Below are positions 26,800 to 34,952 of a stretch of DNA of 64,000 nucleotides, piece after piece; positions within the stretch are counted from its first letter, which is position 1; every line of letters begins with the position of its first letter. The DNA comes from Spirochaetia bacterium (GTDB lineage: Bacteria; Spirochaetota; Spirochaetia; SZUA-6; Bin103). The DNA is taken from contig OZ241907.1 in NCBI GenBank assembly GCA_965203515.1, forward strand, positions 2,848,001 to 2,912,000. Direction: 5' to 3'. The notes beneath the pieces were generated by a model. It was not told the origin of the DNA and did no database searches. It was given only the letters and a program-made list of their open reading frames with translations. The position numbers were made by a program, and so were the translations under genes.

Positions 26800-28311
26800 T
26801 CAGTCGACGCCGGCCGCCGGCCGCCCCTTACCCGCGCCGTCCCCCCACGGCGCCGCCAGGCCGAGCGCCCGCAGCGTGACCTCCGCTTCCGCGCGCTCGC
26901 GATTGCGGGCCAGGCGGCCGCGCTCCCCCGTGCGCTCGCCGGCGCGCTCCGCCAACCATCCGGCCGCGCGCGCGATCGATATCCCCGCCTCGACGTCGCC
27001 GGCGGTCAGCGCGGCGACCAGCTCGGTCTCGATGCGGCTCAGGCTGGTCGCGCGCAGCCGGTAGTCGCAGAACGCCTCCCAGGCGAGCGGGCACCAGCGG
27101 GCGACCACCTCCGTGCCGATCACCCGCGCATAGCGGCGTATCTCCAGCTGCGCGTGATCGTCCATGCGCAGCGCCAGGAAATGGAGCAGGTTGTGCAGGT
27201 CGATCTTCCAGTACGCCTCGGTATAGGTCGACAGCGGCAGGTCCTTGCGCGCCTGCTCGCGCGCGACGCCGGCGTCGAGCCGCTCCCGGTAGACCTGACG
27301 CGCCTGCCGCTGCAGGTCCGCCTCCGCCGCGCTCAGCCGCTCGCCGGCCGAGCGGTCGACCAGCCCGCCCGATCCCTGCCGGTTGCCGGCCGCCTGCGTG
27401 CGCCATTCGGCGGGCGGCGTGGCCTGCGCGGCGTCGATGGCGATCGAGTAGCGGGTCGAGACCTCGTTGACGGACGCGGTGCGGTGGCGGATCCACTGCC
27501 GCCAGGCGTCCATCGGCACCCGCACGTGCAGCTTCAGCTCGCACATCTCGAACGGCGTGGTGTGGCGGTGGCGCATCAGGTAGCGGATCAGCCCGCGGTC
27601 ATCGCTCACCCGGCGGGTGCCCGCGCCGTAGGAGACGCGCGCTGCCTGCACGATCGCGGCGTCGTTGCCCAGGTAATCGACGACGCGCACGAATCCATCG
27701 TCCGGCACGTCGAGCCGGCGGCCCAGGAGCCGGTCGAGCGCGGCGGCGTGCGGCCGCTGCAGCGCGTGCTCTACCGAAGGTCCGGTTTCTACCGAAGGTC
27801 CGGTTTCTACCGAAGGTCCGGTTTCTACCGAAGGTCCGGTTTCTACCGAAGGTCCGTGCTCGGCAGACGGTCCGTGCTCGGCGCGGGGGGCGCCGCCGCC
27901 CGCTTCCAGAAAGCGAGCCGCGCGCTCGACCACGCGGGCGGCTTCCGGAAAGGTGAGCAGCTCGCAGACGCGCGGCAGCGGCAGCCAGCGGTAGTCGGCC
28001 AGCTCCTCGGCCTGCAGGCGGACGTCGTCCGCGCCGGCGTCGGCCAGGAAGTAGATCACCAGCTTGTCGTCCCCGGACGGCAGGCGGTAGCGCACCTCTT
28101 CGCGAAAGCCCGGGAGGAAGCTCACGCCGCGCAGGCCGACCTCCTCGGCGATCTCGCGCCGGGCGGCCTGCGGCACGGTCTCGCCCGCTTCGAGCCGACC
28201 CTTGACCAGTCCCCAGTAGCCGCGCTGCGACCGCGACTCCACCGCCAGGAAGTGCAGGGCGCCGTCGATCCACCGGAAGAGCGCTGCGCCGCTCGCGGTC
28301 ACCTGAGCCAT
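26800..28311 (-). CDS. thyX: NUDIX hydrolase - flavin-dependent thymidylate synthase fusion
   Basis: Nudix box GRLEAGETVPQAARREIAEEVGL; ThyX motifs IVQAARVSY, RHRHTTPFE, RHRTASVNEVSTRY, AQLEIR; single ORF. Confidence 0.88.
   Translation of the reverse strand: MAQVTASGAALFRWIDGALHFLAVESRSQRGYWGLVKGRLEAGETVPQAARREIAEEVGLRGVSFLPGFREEVRYRLPSGDDKLVIYFLADAGADDVRLQAEELADYRWLPLPRVCELLTFPEAARVVERAARFLEAGGGAPRAEHGPSAEHGPSVETGPSVETGPSVETGPSVETGPSVEHALQRPHAAALDRLLGRRLDVPDDGFVRVVDYLGNDAAIVQAARVSYGAGTRRVSDDRGLIRYLMRHRHTTPFEMCELKLHVRVPMDAWRQWIRHRTASVNEVSTRYSIAIDAAQATPPAEWRTQAAGNRQGSGGLVDRSAGERLSAAEADLQRQARQVYRERLDAGVAREQARKDLPLSTYTEAYWKIDLHNLLHFLALRMDDHAQLEIRRYARVIGTEVVARWCPLAWEAFCDYRLRATSLSRIETELVAALTAGDVEAGISIARAAGWLAERAGERTGERGRLARNRERAEAEVTLRALGLAAPWGDGAGKGRPAAGVD
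27766..27882. repeat. 18-bp in-frame tandem repeat (four perfect GGTTTCTACCGAAGGTCC units plus degenerate flanking units)
   Basis: Encodes a (GPSVET)n linker between the NUDIX and ThyX domains. Confidence 0.95.
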
Positions 28312-28324
28312 CGCGGCGGCGATT

Positions 28325-29314
28325 CTACTCCACCGGCGCCTGCTCCACCGTCAGGACGACCTTGCCCACGTTCCCAAAGCGCTCGACCAGCGCGTGCGCG
28401 TCGCCGGCCCGCCGGATCGGCATCGTGCGGTCGATGATCGGCCGCAGCCGCCCGCCGGCGAACAGCGGCAGGAAGCGCCGCGCGAATCCGGCGGTGATCG
28501 CCGCCTTCTCCCGGTCGGAGCGGCTGCGCAGCACCGAGCCGATCAGCCGCAGCCGCCGGCGCATCAGCGCGGCCAGATCGACCGTCCCGGCCGCTCCCCC
28601 CAGCGTCGCCAGCAGGACCAGCCGGCCGCAGGGGGACAGCACCCGCAGGTTGCGCTCCAGGTAGGGGGCTCCGACGATGTCGAGCACCACGTCCACGCCG
28701 CCCCACGCCGCCGCGATCTCCGCGGCGAAGTCCTGCCGCACGTGGTCGATGGCGAGCTCGGCGCCCAGCCGCCGGCACGCCGCCAGCTTGCGATCGTCGC
28801 GCGCCGTGACCGCCACCCGCGCGCCCGCGCACCGGGCAAGCTGGATGGCGGCCGTGCCGACCCCGCTGGCGCCGCCATGGATCAGCACCGATTCGCCGGC
28901 CTGCAGGTCGGCTTCCCGGAACAGGTTCACGAACGCCGTGAGAAACGCCTCCGGCACCGCCGCCGCCTCCGTCAGGGAGAGCCGGTCCGGCACGCGCATC
29001 AGGCTGCCGGCGGGGACCGGGCAGCGCTCCGCGTAGGCGCCGCCGGCGACGATCGCGCAGACCCGATCGCCGGCCGACCATCCCGCCACGCCGGCGCCGA
29101 GCCGGACGATCCGCCCGGCCAGCTCCAGGCCCAGGGTGGCGGGCGCGCCGGGCGGAGGAGGGTAGCGGCCGGCGCGCTGCAGCAGGTCGGCGCGGTTCAC
29201 GGCGGTGGCGGCGACCCGGACCAGGACGTGACCGGCCCGCGGCGGCGCCGGCTCGGCCGCCTCCTGCCAGCGCAGGGAGCGGGCCGGATCGTCGCCGACG
29301 ACGATCGCCTGCAC
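28325..29314 (-). CDS. NAD(P)H-quinone oxidoreductase (PIG3/zeta-crystallin family)
   Basis: VNRADLLQRAGRYPPPPG, LIHGGASGVGTAAIQLA, GKVVL. Confidence 0.92.
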   Translation of the reverse strand: MQAIVVGDDPARSLRWQEAAEPAPPRAGHVLVRVAATAVNRADLLQRAGRYPPPPGAPATLGLELAGRIVRLGAGVAGWSAGDRVCAIVAGGAYAERCPVPAGSLMRVPDRLSLTEAAAVPEAFLTAFVNLFREADLQAGESVLIHGGASGVGTAAIQLARCAGARVAVTARDDRKLAACRRLGAELAIDHVRQDFAAEIAAAWGGVDVVLDIVGAPYLERNLRVLSPCGRLVLLATLGGAAGTVDLAALMRRRLRLIGSVLRSRSDREKAAITAGFARRFLPLFAGGRLRPIIDRTMPIRRAGDAHALVERFGNVGKVVLTVEQAPVE

Positions 29315-29316
29315 GG

Positions 29317-30012
29317 TCAGCCCTGCAGGTTGGCGATGGCGGTGCGCGAGCCCTCGGGGCCGGCGAACCGCACCAGCACGCTCACCAGCAGGGGGCCGGC
29401 CAGCGCCTCCCGGAAGCGGGCGCAGGTCGCCTCCGGGTCGGCATCGAAGCGCACGCAGAGCGGATCGCCCGCAAACGGCGCCGGTTCCCCCGGACCGCCG
29501 GCATAGGTGGTCACGCACCGCCCGCTGCCCGGCGGCAACCCCTCGCAGGCAAAGACGCTGCGCTCGGTCACCGCCGCGCCGTCGACGCGGCGCGCGCGGA
29601 CCACCCCCAGACGGCACGCGCCCGGCGCGCCGGTATCGATCGCGCCGGCGATGCGCGGCGTGGCGAGCTCGTCCGGCTCCGCGCACCACGGCTGCAGCGC
29701 CCGCTCCAGCGTCTGCCCCGCGCACAGAGCGTCGAGGATCGGCCGGGTCTGCTCGCCGTTGCTCACCACGTGCGTCCCGCCGCGGCTCATCAGCAGCGGA
29801 TAGAGCACCAGCGCCGGGTCGCCGCCGCGGCCGGGGTCGATGAACTCGGTCCGCACCGTGCCGTCGCCGGACGCCGCCAGCCGCCGGTTGCGGCTGCGCT
29901 CGCTGCGGCCGGTGATCCAGTAGACGATCGCCGCGCCGCCGCCGGGCGCCGGGCCCAGCGCCAGGCCGCGCCCGCGATAGCCGCCGTCGGCCAGCCGCGC
30001 CAAACCGTCCAT
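29317..30012 (-). CDS. IMP cyclohydrolase-like protein (PurO-type Ntn fold)
   Basis: YRGRGL, YWITGRSERSRNR, VSNGEQT, EPD..ATPRIAG. Confidence 0.8.
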   Translation of the reverse strand: MDGLARLADGGYRGRGLALGPAPGGGAAIVYWITGRSERSRNRRLAASGDGTVRTEFIDPGRGGDPALVLYPLLMSRGGTHVVSNGEQTRPILDALCAGQTLERALQPWCAEPDELATPRIAGAIDTGAPGACRLGVVRARRVDGAAVTERSVFACEGLPPGSGRCVTTYAGGPGEPAPFAGDPLCVRFDADPEATCARFREALAGPLLVSVLVRFAGPEGSRTAIANLQG

Positions 30013-30025
30013 CGCTGCCGGCGCG

Positions 30026-30421
30026 CTACGGGAGCGCCGCGCGGATGCGCGCGGCCTCGGCGGCCAGCGCCTCGTCCCCCGGGTGCGGGCCGGCGTTGGC
30101 GAAGTCGAGGTCGCGCATCCGGTCCATCGGGCTCACGTGGACGTGGACGTGCGGCACCTCCAGGCCGGCGATCAGCAACCCGATCCGGGTGGGCCGGTAC
30201 GCCGCCTGCTGGGCGCGCGCGATGGTGCGCGCCACGCCCATCATCGCCGCCAGGGTCCGTTCGTCGAGGTCGATCCAGTGATCGACCTCGACGCGCGGCA
30301 CCACCAGTGTGTGGCCGGGGCGCAGCGGCTCGATCGACAGGAAGGCGACGCACCGATCGTCCTGCCACACGAAGTGCGCCGGCAGCTCGCCGGCGATGAT
30401 GCGGGTGAAGACGCTTGCCAT
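30026..30421 (-). CDS. HIT family protein
   Basis: SVFTRIIAGELP, GHTLVVP, EVPHVHVHV. Confidence 0.93.
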   Translation of the reverse strand: MASVFTRIIAGELPAHFVWQDDRCVAFLSIEPLRPGHTLVVPRVEVDHWIDLDERTLAAMMGVARTIARAQQAAYRPTRIGLLIAGLEVPHVHVHVSPMDRMRDLDFANAGPHPGDEALAAEAARIRAALP

Positions 30422-30472
30422 GACGAAGGCAGTGTAACCCGCGCGACGATCGCGCTATGCTGCGGGCCTCGC

Positions 30473-31516
30473 ATGGACCGTATCCGCTCGCTCAACGTGC
30501 CGCTGCTCATCATCGCCGTCATCGCCGTCGGCGTGGCGCTGAAACTCGCGCAGCCGGTGCTGACGCTGTTCCTGGTGGCGCTGATGCTGGCCTACCTGAT
30601 CGATCCGGTGCTGGTGATGATACGCAACCACCTCACCCTGCCGCTGTGGGCGGCGGTCCCCCTGACCGGCATCCTGTCGCTGGCCGCGCTTTCCGGCATC
30701 GGTCTGATCATCTTCGTCAGCCTGGTCGAGTTCACCAGAGACTTCGACTCCTATCAGCCGCGCATCGCGCAGACCCTGGAGGACGGGATGGCCTTCGTCT
30801 CGCGCATCACCGGAGTGGAGATCTCGCTCGACCCGCTGGAAGAGCTCCGCAACCTGCTGCTGTCGTCCCTGGACCGGCTGGCGACCGCGGCGCAGTCGGT
30901 GCTGCGCGGCGTCACCTCGTTCGTGATGGTCTTCTTCTTCGCGCTCCTGTTCCTGTCGGGAAAGCACCTCATGGCGCTGCGCGTCCACGACGCCTTCCCG
31001 GATGGGCACAGCTCGGTGCCGGACATCCTGCGCGAGATCGACCGTTCGCTGCGCCGGTTCATCGGCGTCAAGACCCTGATCAGCCTGGCGGTCGGCACCG
31101 CCACCACCCTGATCCTGCTGGCGTTCGGGGTCCGCTTCGCCGTGGTGTGGGGATTGCTCACCTTCCTGCTCAACTTCATCCCCACCGTCGGCTCGATCAC
31201 CGCGGTCGCCGCCATATCGTTGTTCTCCTTCGCGCAGTTCGGCGTCGGCCTGACGCCGGTCGCGGCGATCGGGTGCGTGGTGGCGGCGCAGGTCGTCACC
31301 GGCAGCATTCTGGAGCCCAAGCTGCTCGGCGACGCGTTGAACCTGTCGTTGCTGATCGTGTTCGTCTTCCTGTTCTTCTGGGGGTGGCTGTGGGGTCCGG
31401 TCGGCGCGCTGCTGGCGGTGCCGATGACCGCGGCGCTGCGCATCGTACTGGCCAACGTACCGGCGACCGCGGCGTTCACCCGGCTCATGGAGGGCCGGCG
31501 GCGCGCGTCCTCCTGA
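30473..31516 (+). CDS. AI-2E family transporter
   Basis: FLLNFIPTVGS, LEPKLLG, FWGWLWGPVGALLAVP. Confidence 0.9.
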   Translation: MDRIRSLNVPLLIIAVIAVGVALKLAQPVLTLFLVALMLAYLIDPVLVMIRNHLTLPLWAAVPLTGILSLAALSGIGLIIFVSLVEFTRDFDSYQPRIAQTLEDGMAFVSRITGVEISLDPLEELRNLLLSSLDRLATAAQSVLRGVTSFVMVFFFALLFLSGKHLMALRVHDAFPDGHSSVPDILREIDRSLRRFIGVKTLISLAVGTATTLILLAFGVRFAVVWGLLTFLLNFIPTVGSITAVAAISLFSFAQFGVGLTPVAAIGCVVAAQVVTGSILEPKLLGDALNLSLLIVFVFLFFWGWLWGPVGALLAVPMTAALRIVLANVPATAAFTRLMEGRRRASS

Positions 31517-31526
31517 GGCGGCCGGC

Positions 31527-32168
31527 GTGGCTGAGGCGTTGCGGGTCGACGGTCTGTGGGTGCGCCGCGGCGGGCGCGCGGTGCTGCGCGGGGTCAGCCT
31601 GGAGCTGGCCGCCGGGACCGGGCTGCTGATCACCGGCGCCAACGGAGCCGGCAAGACCACGCTGCTGCGGGCGATCCTGGGGTTCCTGGCGCCGCAGCGC
31701 GGCACGGTCACCTTCGGCGGGCGCCCGGTGCGCTCGCCGGCGGCCGGCTACGTGCCGCAGGGTTCCCCGGCCGGCGACCTGCCGATCGCCGCCGCCGAGG
31801 TGGTGGAGATCGGCACGGCGGCGCGGCGCCTGCGCGCCGCTGAGCGCCGCCGCGCCGTGGCCGCCGCCATGGACGATACGCAGTGCCGGCACCTGCGCCG
31901 GCGCCGGTACGCGGAGTTGTCCGGCGGCGAGCGGCAGCGCGTGTCGCTGGCCCGGTGCCTGGCGCAGGACGCGCGGCTGCTGCTGCTGGACGAGCCGACG
32001 TCGTCGCTCGACGCCGCGGCCCGGACCGGCGTGCTCGAGCTCCTGGAGCGCCTGCGCGAACGGCTGGGATTGACGATCCTGATGGCCAGCCACGACGCGG
32101 AGGCGCGCGCGCGCGTTCCCTGGCCGGTGCGCGACCTGCGCGACGGGCGCGTGCACGCCGGCGCTTGA
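31527..32168 (+). CDS. Metal (Zn/Mn) ABC transporter ATP-binding protein
   Basis: GANGAGKTT, GYVPQ, LSGGERQR, LLDEP. Confidence 0.88.
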   Translation: MAEALRVDGLWVRRGGRAVLRGVSLELAAGTGLLITGANGAGKTTLLRAILGFLAPQRGTVTFGGRPVRSPAAGYVPQGSPAGDLPIAAAEVVEIGTAARRLRAAERRRAVAAAMDDTQCRHLRRRRYAELSGGERQRVSLARCLAQDARLLLLDEPTSSLDAAARTGVLELLERLRERLGLTILMASHDAEARARVPWPVRDLRDGRVHAGA

Positions 32169-32977
32169 ACCCCTTCGAGGCCCTCGGCATAGCGCCGATC
32201 GCGCGCGGGCTGGCAGCGGTGTTGATCGCCGGCGCGTCGCTGCCGCTGGCCGGCGTGCTGGTACTGCGCCTGGAGCTGGTCACCCTGCGGTTCACCCTGA
32301 TGCACGGAGCGCTGCTGGGGGCGGCCATTGCGCTCGCCGTCGGGGTCGATCCGCTGCTGCTCGGCCTGGCGGTCGATCTGCTGCTGGTGATGACGCTGGC
32401 GCCGATCGCGCGGCGAACCGGGCTGCGGCTTGGTTACGTGTCGGCGTTCCTGATGGTGATCACGATCGGCGCCGCGGCGGCGGTGATCTATCGCGCCGGG
32501 GTGCCGGCGCCGGCGGTGTTCGCGGTGCTGTGGGGCGACCTGTTCGCGCTCAGCCGCGCCGACCTGATCGCCATCGCCGGGTTTGGGGCGGCGCTGGCGG
32601 CGTTCGTGGCGGTCGCCCACCGCCGCATCGCGGCGCTGCTGTTCGACCAGGAGGTGGCGGCCTCCAGCGGCGTCGCGGTCGCGCGGCTGCGGGCGGCGGT
32701 GTTGCTCGCCGTGGGCTGCGCGGTGGCGTTCGCGATGAAGCTGATCGGCGCGCTGCTGCTCGACGCCATCCTGCTGCTGCCGGCGATCCCGGCGGCAGCC
32801 CTGGCGCGCAGCGTGCGCGGGTTGTTCCTGCTGGCCGCGGCGGCCGGCGTGGCGGTGGCGGCCGTCGGTTTCGCGGTCGCGCTGCTGATCGACCTGCCGG
32901 CCAGCGCCGGGGTGACGCTGGCGGCCGCCCTGCTGCTGCCGGTGGTGATCGTCGCCCGGCGGCGGAGCCGCTCGTGA
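32165..32977 (+). CDS. Metal ABC transporter permease (ZnuB-like)
   Basis: LMHGALLG, LWGDLF, MKLIGALL; TTG start overlaps the upstream stop. Confidence 0.82.
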   Translation: MNPFEALGIAPIARGLAAVLIAGASLPLAGVLVLRLELVTLRFTLMHGALLGAAIALAVGVDPLLLGLAVDLLLVMTLAPIARRTGLRLGYVSAFLMVITIGAAAAVIYRAGVPAPAVFAVLWGDLFALSRADLIAIAGFGAALAAFVAVAHRRIAALLFDQEVAASSGVAVARLRAAVLLAVGCAVAFAMKLIGALLLDAILLLPAIPAAALARSVRGLFLLAAAAGVAVAAVGFAVALLIDLPASAGVTLAAALLLPVVIVARRRSRS

Positions 32978-33056
32978 GCGGACCCGCCGCCGGCAGCCGC
33001 GGCCATGCCTCCCCCCGCGCCGTGACTTCTGCTATCGTGCGGGCGCGGCGGCGAGC

Positions 33057-33698
33057 ATGACCCGATCGGATCGAACCCCCGGCAGCGAGCAGCGGCCCCC
33101 GAACGCACGGAACCGCCGCATGATCGGCGCCATTGTCGGGGCGATAGCCTTTCTGGCGATTCTCCTGGTGGTACTGGCGCTCATCTTCCGATCGGACGAT
33201 GCCCGCGACGTCGGACAGACGCCGAGCAGCCAAGACGCCGCAGCGACCGGTGGCGACGTAGCGACCGATGGCGGCGCCGTAGCGAATGGCGAGGAAGCCG
33301 CGCCAAGCGATGAGGAAGCCGTAGCCAGCAGCGAGGATGACGCAGCCGGCAGCGAGGATGGCGCCTCGGAAGAAGCCCCGACGCCCGGCGTCACCGAGGA
33401 GTTGGCGTGGTACGAGGGCGGCACGCTGCGGACCGGGAACGGCGACGATTGGAAGAACGCCACCGCCCGGGACCGCCTGGCCACGGCGGCGGCCCTGGCT
33501 GCCGAGGCGCTCGGCGACACGAGGTCCGAACCGGTTCATCCGGAAGAGATGTCCGAGGAAGAGCTGAGCGCCTTCCGCGTGGAGGCGGAGGCGCTCGCCG
33601 CCTGCATCGACGAGGCCGCGCAGACGGACGGCTCCGCATCGGTGGCGCGCATGGCGACCACCTGTTGGACGCAAGCGCACCCCGCTCCCGAGAAATGA
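33057..33698 (+). CDS. Hypothetical single-TM protein with acidic low-complexity linker
   Basis: TM IGAIVGAIAFLAILLVVLALIF, D/E/A/S-rich tract, WYEGGTL domain. Confidence 0.65.
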   Translation: MTRSDRTPGSEQRPPNARNRRMIGAIVGAIAFLAILLVVLALIFRSDDARDVGQTPSSQDAAATGGDVATDGGAVANGEEAAPSDEEAVASSEDDAAGSEDGASEEAPTPGVTEELAWYEGGTLRTGNGDDWKNATARDRLATAAALAAEALGDTRSEPVHPEEMSEEELSAFRVEAEALAACIDEAAQTDGSASVARMATTCWTQAHPAPEK

Positions 33699-33711
33699 TC
33701 GGTCGCCCTGA

Positions 33712-34509
33712 TTGAACGGCACGGCGTCGACCACCGGCGCGACGCCGGTGGCTGACCGGCGCCTGTTGCGCTGCCTGTCGGTCGCCGCGTTCTGCATCAT
33801 CGGCGCCGCGGCGGCCGGCGCCGACGGCGCTGCGGTCGTGGCCTCCACGGAGTGGACCGCCGCCTTCGCGCGCGCGGCCGGCATCGGCGAGGTCGGCGTG
33901 CTGGCGCCGGCGGCATCGCGCCACCCCGCCGAGTATCAATTGCGGCCGTCCGACCTGCGCGCCGTCGCCGGCGCGTCGGCGCTGATCTTCGCCGGCTACG
34001 AAGCGATGGCCGCCCGCCTGCAGGAGTTGGCCCCGCCCGATGCGGCCGTGGTGCGCATCGACACCGACTACTCGCTGGCGACGCTCCGCCGTTCCCTGGC
34101 GGCGCTGCAGACGGCCGGCGGCACCCCGGCCGCCGCGGCCGGCAGCCTGCGGGCGATCGCCGAGGAGTACGCCGCCTGGCGCGCCGAGTTGGCGGCGCGC
34201 GGCTTGGCCGGGGCGCCGGCGCTGGTCCACCGCTTCCAGGAGCCGCTGGCGCGCGAGCTAGGCTTCGACGTGGCCGGGGTCTTCGGCCCGCTCCCGCCGC
34301 AGGCGGGCGCGATCGCCGCCCTGGCGGAGCCGCCGGTGGCGCTGATCATCGACAACCACCACAACGCGGTCGCCGCGCCGCTCGCCGAGCTCCACGCGCC
34401 GGCGCCGGTCGTCGCGTTCCTCAACTTCCCCGGCGCGGCCGGCACCGAGACCCTGCTCGACGTGGTACGCCACAACCGCCGGCTGCTGACCGCGGCCCTG
34501 GACGGCTGA
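33712..34509 (+). CDS. Metal ABC transporter substrate-binding protein (ZnuA-like)
   Basis: VVASTEWT, HPAEYQLRPSD, AGYE, HRFQ, IIDNHHN; start uncertain. Confidence 0.75.
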   Translation: MNGTASTTGATPVADRRLLRCLSVAAFCIIGAAAAGADGAAVVASTEWTAAFARAAGIGEVGVLAPAASRHPAEYQLRPSDLRAVAGASALIFAGYEAMAARLQELAPPDAAVVRIDTDYSLATLRRSLAALQTAGGTPAAAAGSLRAIAEEYAAWRAELAARGLAGAPALVHRFQEPLARELGFDVAGVFGPLPPQAGAIAALAEPPVALIIDNHHNAVAAPLAELHAPAPVVAFLNFPGAAGTETLLDVVRHNRRLLTAALDG

Positions 34510-34515
34510 CTTCGG

Positions 34516-34541
34516 AACCCACCATAGTACCGTGGTGGGTT
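34516..34541. terminator. Stem-loop after the metal SBP gene
   Basis: AACCCACCA-N8-TGGTGGGTT perfect 9-bp stem. Confidence 0.5.
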
Positions 34542-34544
34542 GAA

Positions 34545-34952
34545 ATGCGCAGCGCAAGATTTCGACGAGCTGCATTCATCCTGCCGGTGGCGGCAGGGGT
34601 GACGTTCGTAGCATGTCTTACGGTGCCGCCAACCGTCGAGCTGTTCATCGTCGGATTCTTCTATTTCTCTTACATGCTGTCATTGTTGCTCGCGTTCTTG
34701 CTGCTCAGGTCATATAAGTTGACCCGGGACCGCAGGAAGCTCACCGCAGGTGTATCGAGCGTGTTTCTGAGCGTCCCGGGCTTTGTAGCGTTCTATGTCG
34801 CATCCAACGAATACTTTCCAAGACCACTCGACCCGACCGTCATCAAGGATGTTCTCGTTGGCGTGGGATTGGCCGGCGGGGCATGGGTACTGTTCGCTGC
34901 GTTTGCCCTCGAACCTCTACTGGTCAGTCGTGCCGAGGCGAGCAGTAGGTGA
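34545..34952 (+). CDS. Hypothetical 4-TM membrane protein
   Basis: Four hydrophobic segments; lower GC. Confidence 0.55.
   Translation: MRSARFRRAAFILPVAAGVTFVACLTVPPTVELFIVGFFYFSYMLSLLLAFLLLRSYKLTRDRRKLTAGVSSVFLSVPGFVAFYVASNEYFPRPLDPTVIKDVLVGVGLAGGAWVLFAAFALEPLLVSRAEASSR

Noticed and set aside
27766..27882. Tandem repeat as a possible CRISPR array
   Set aside because: Units are contiguous with no spacers, lie in frame within a CDS, and no cas genes are present
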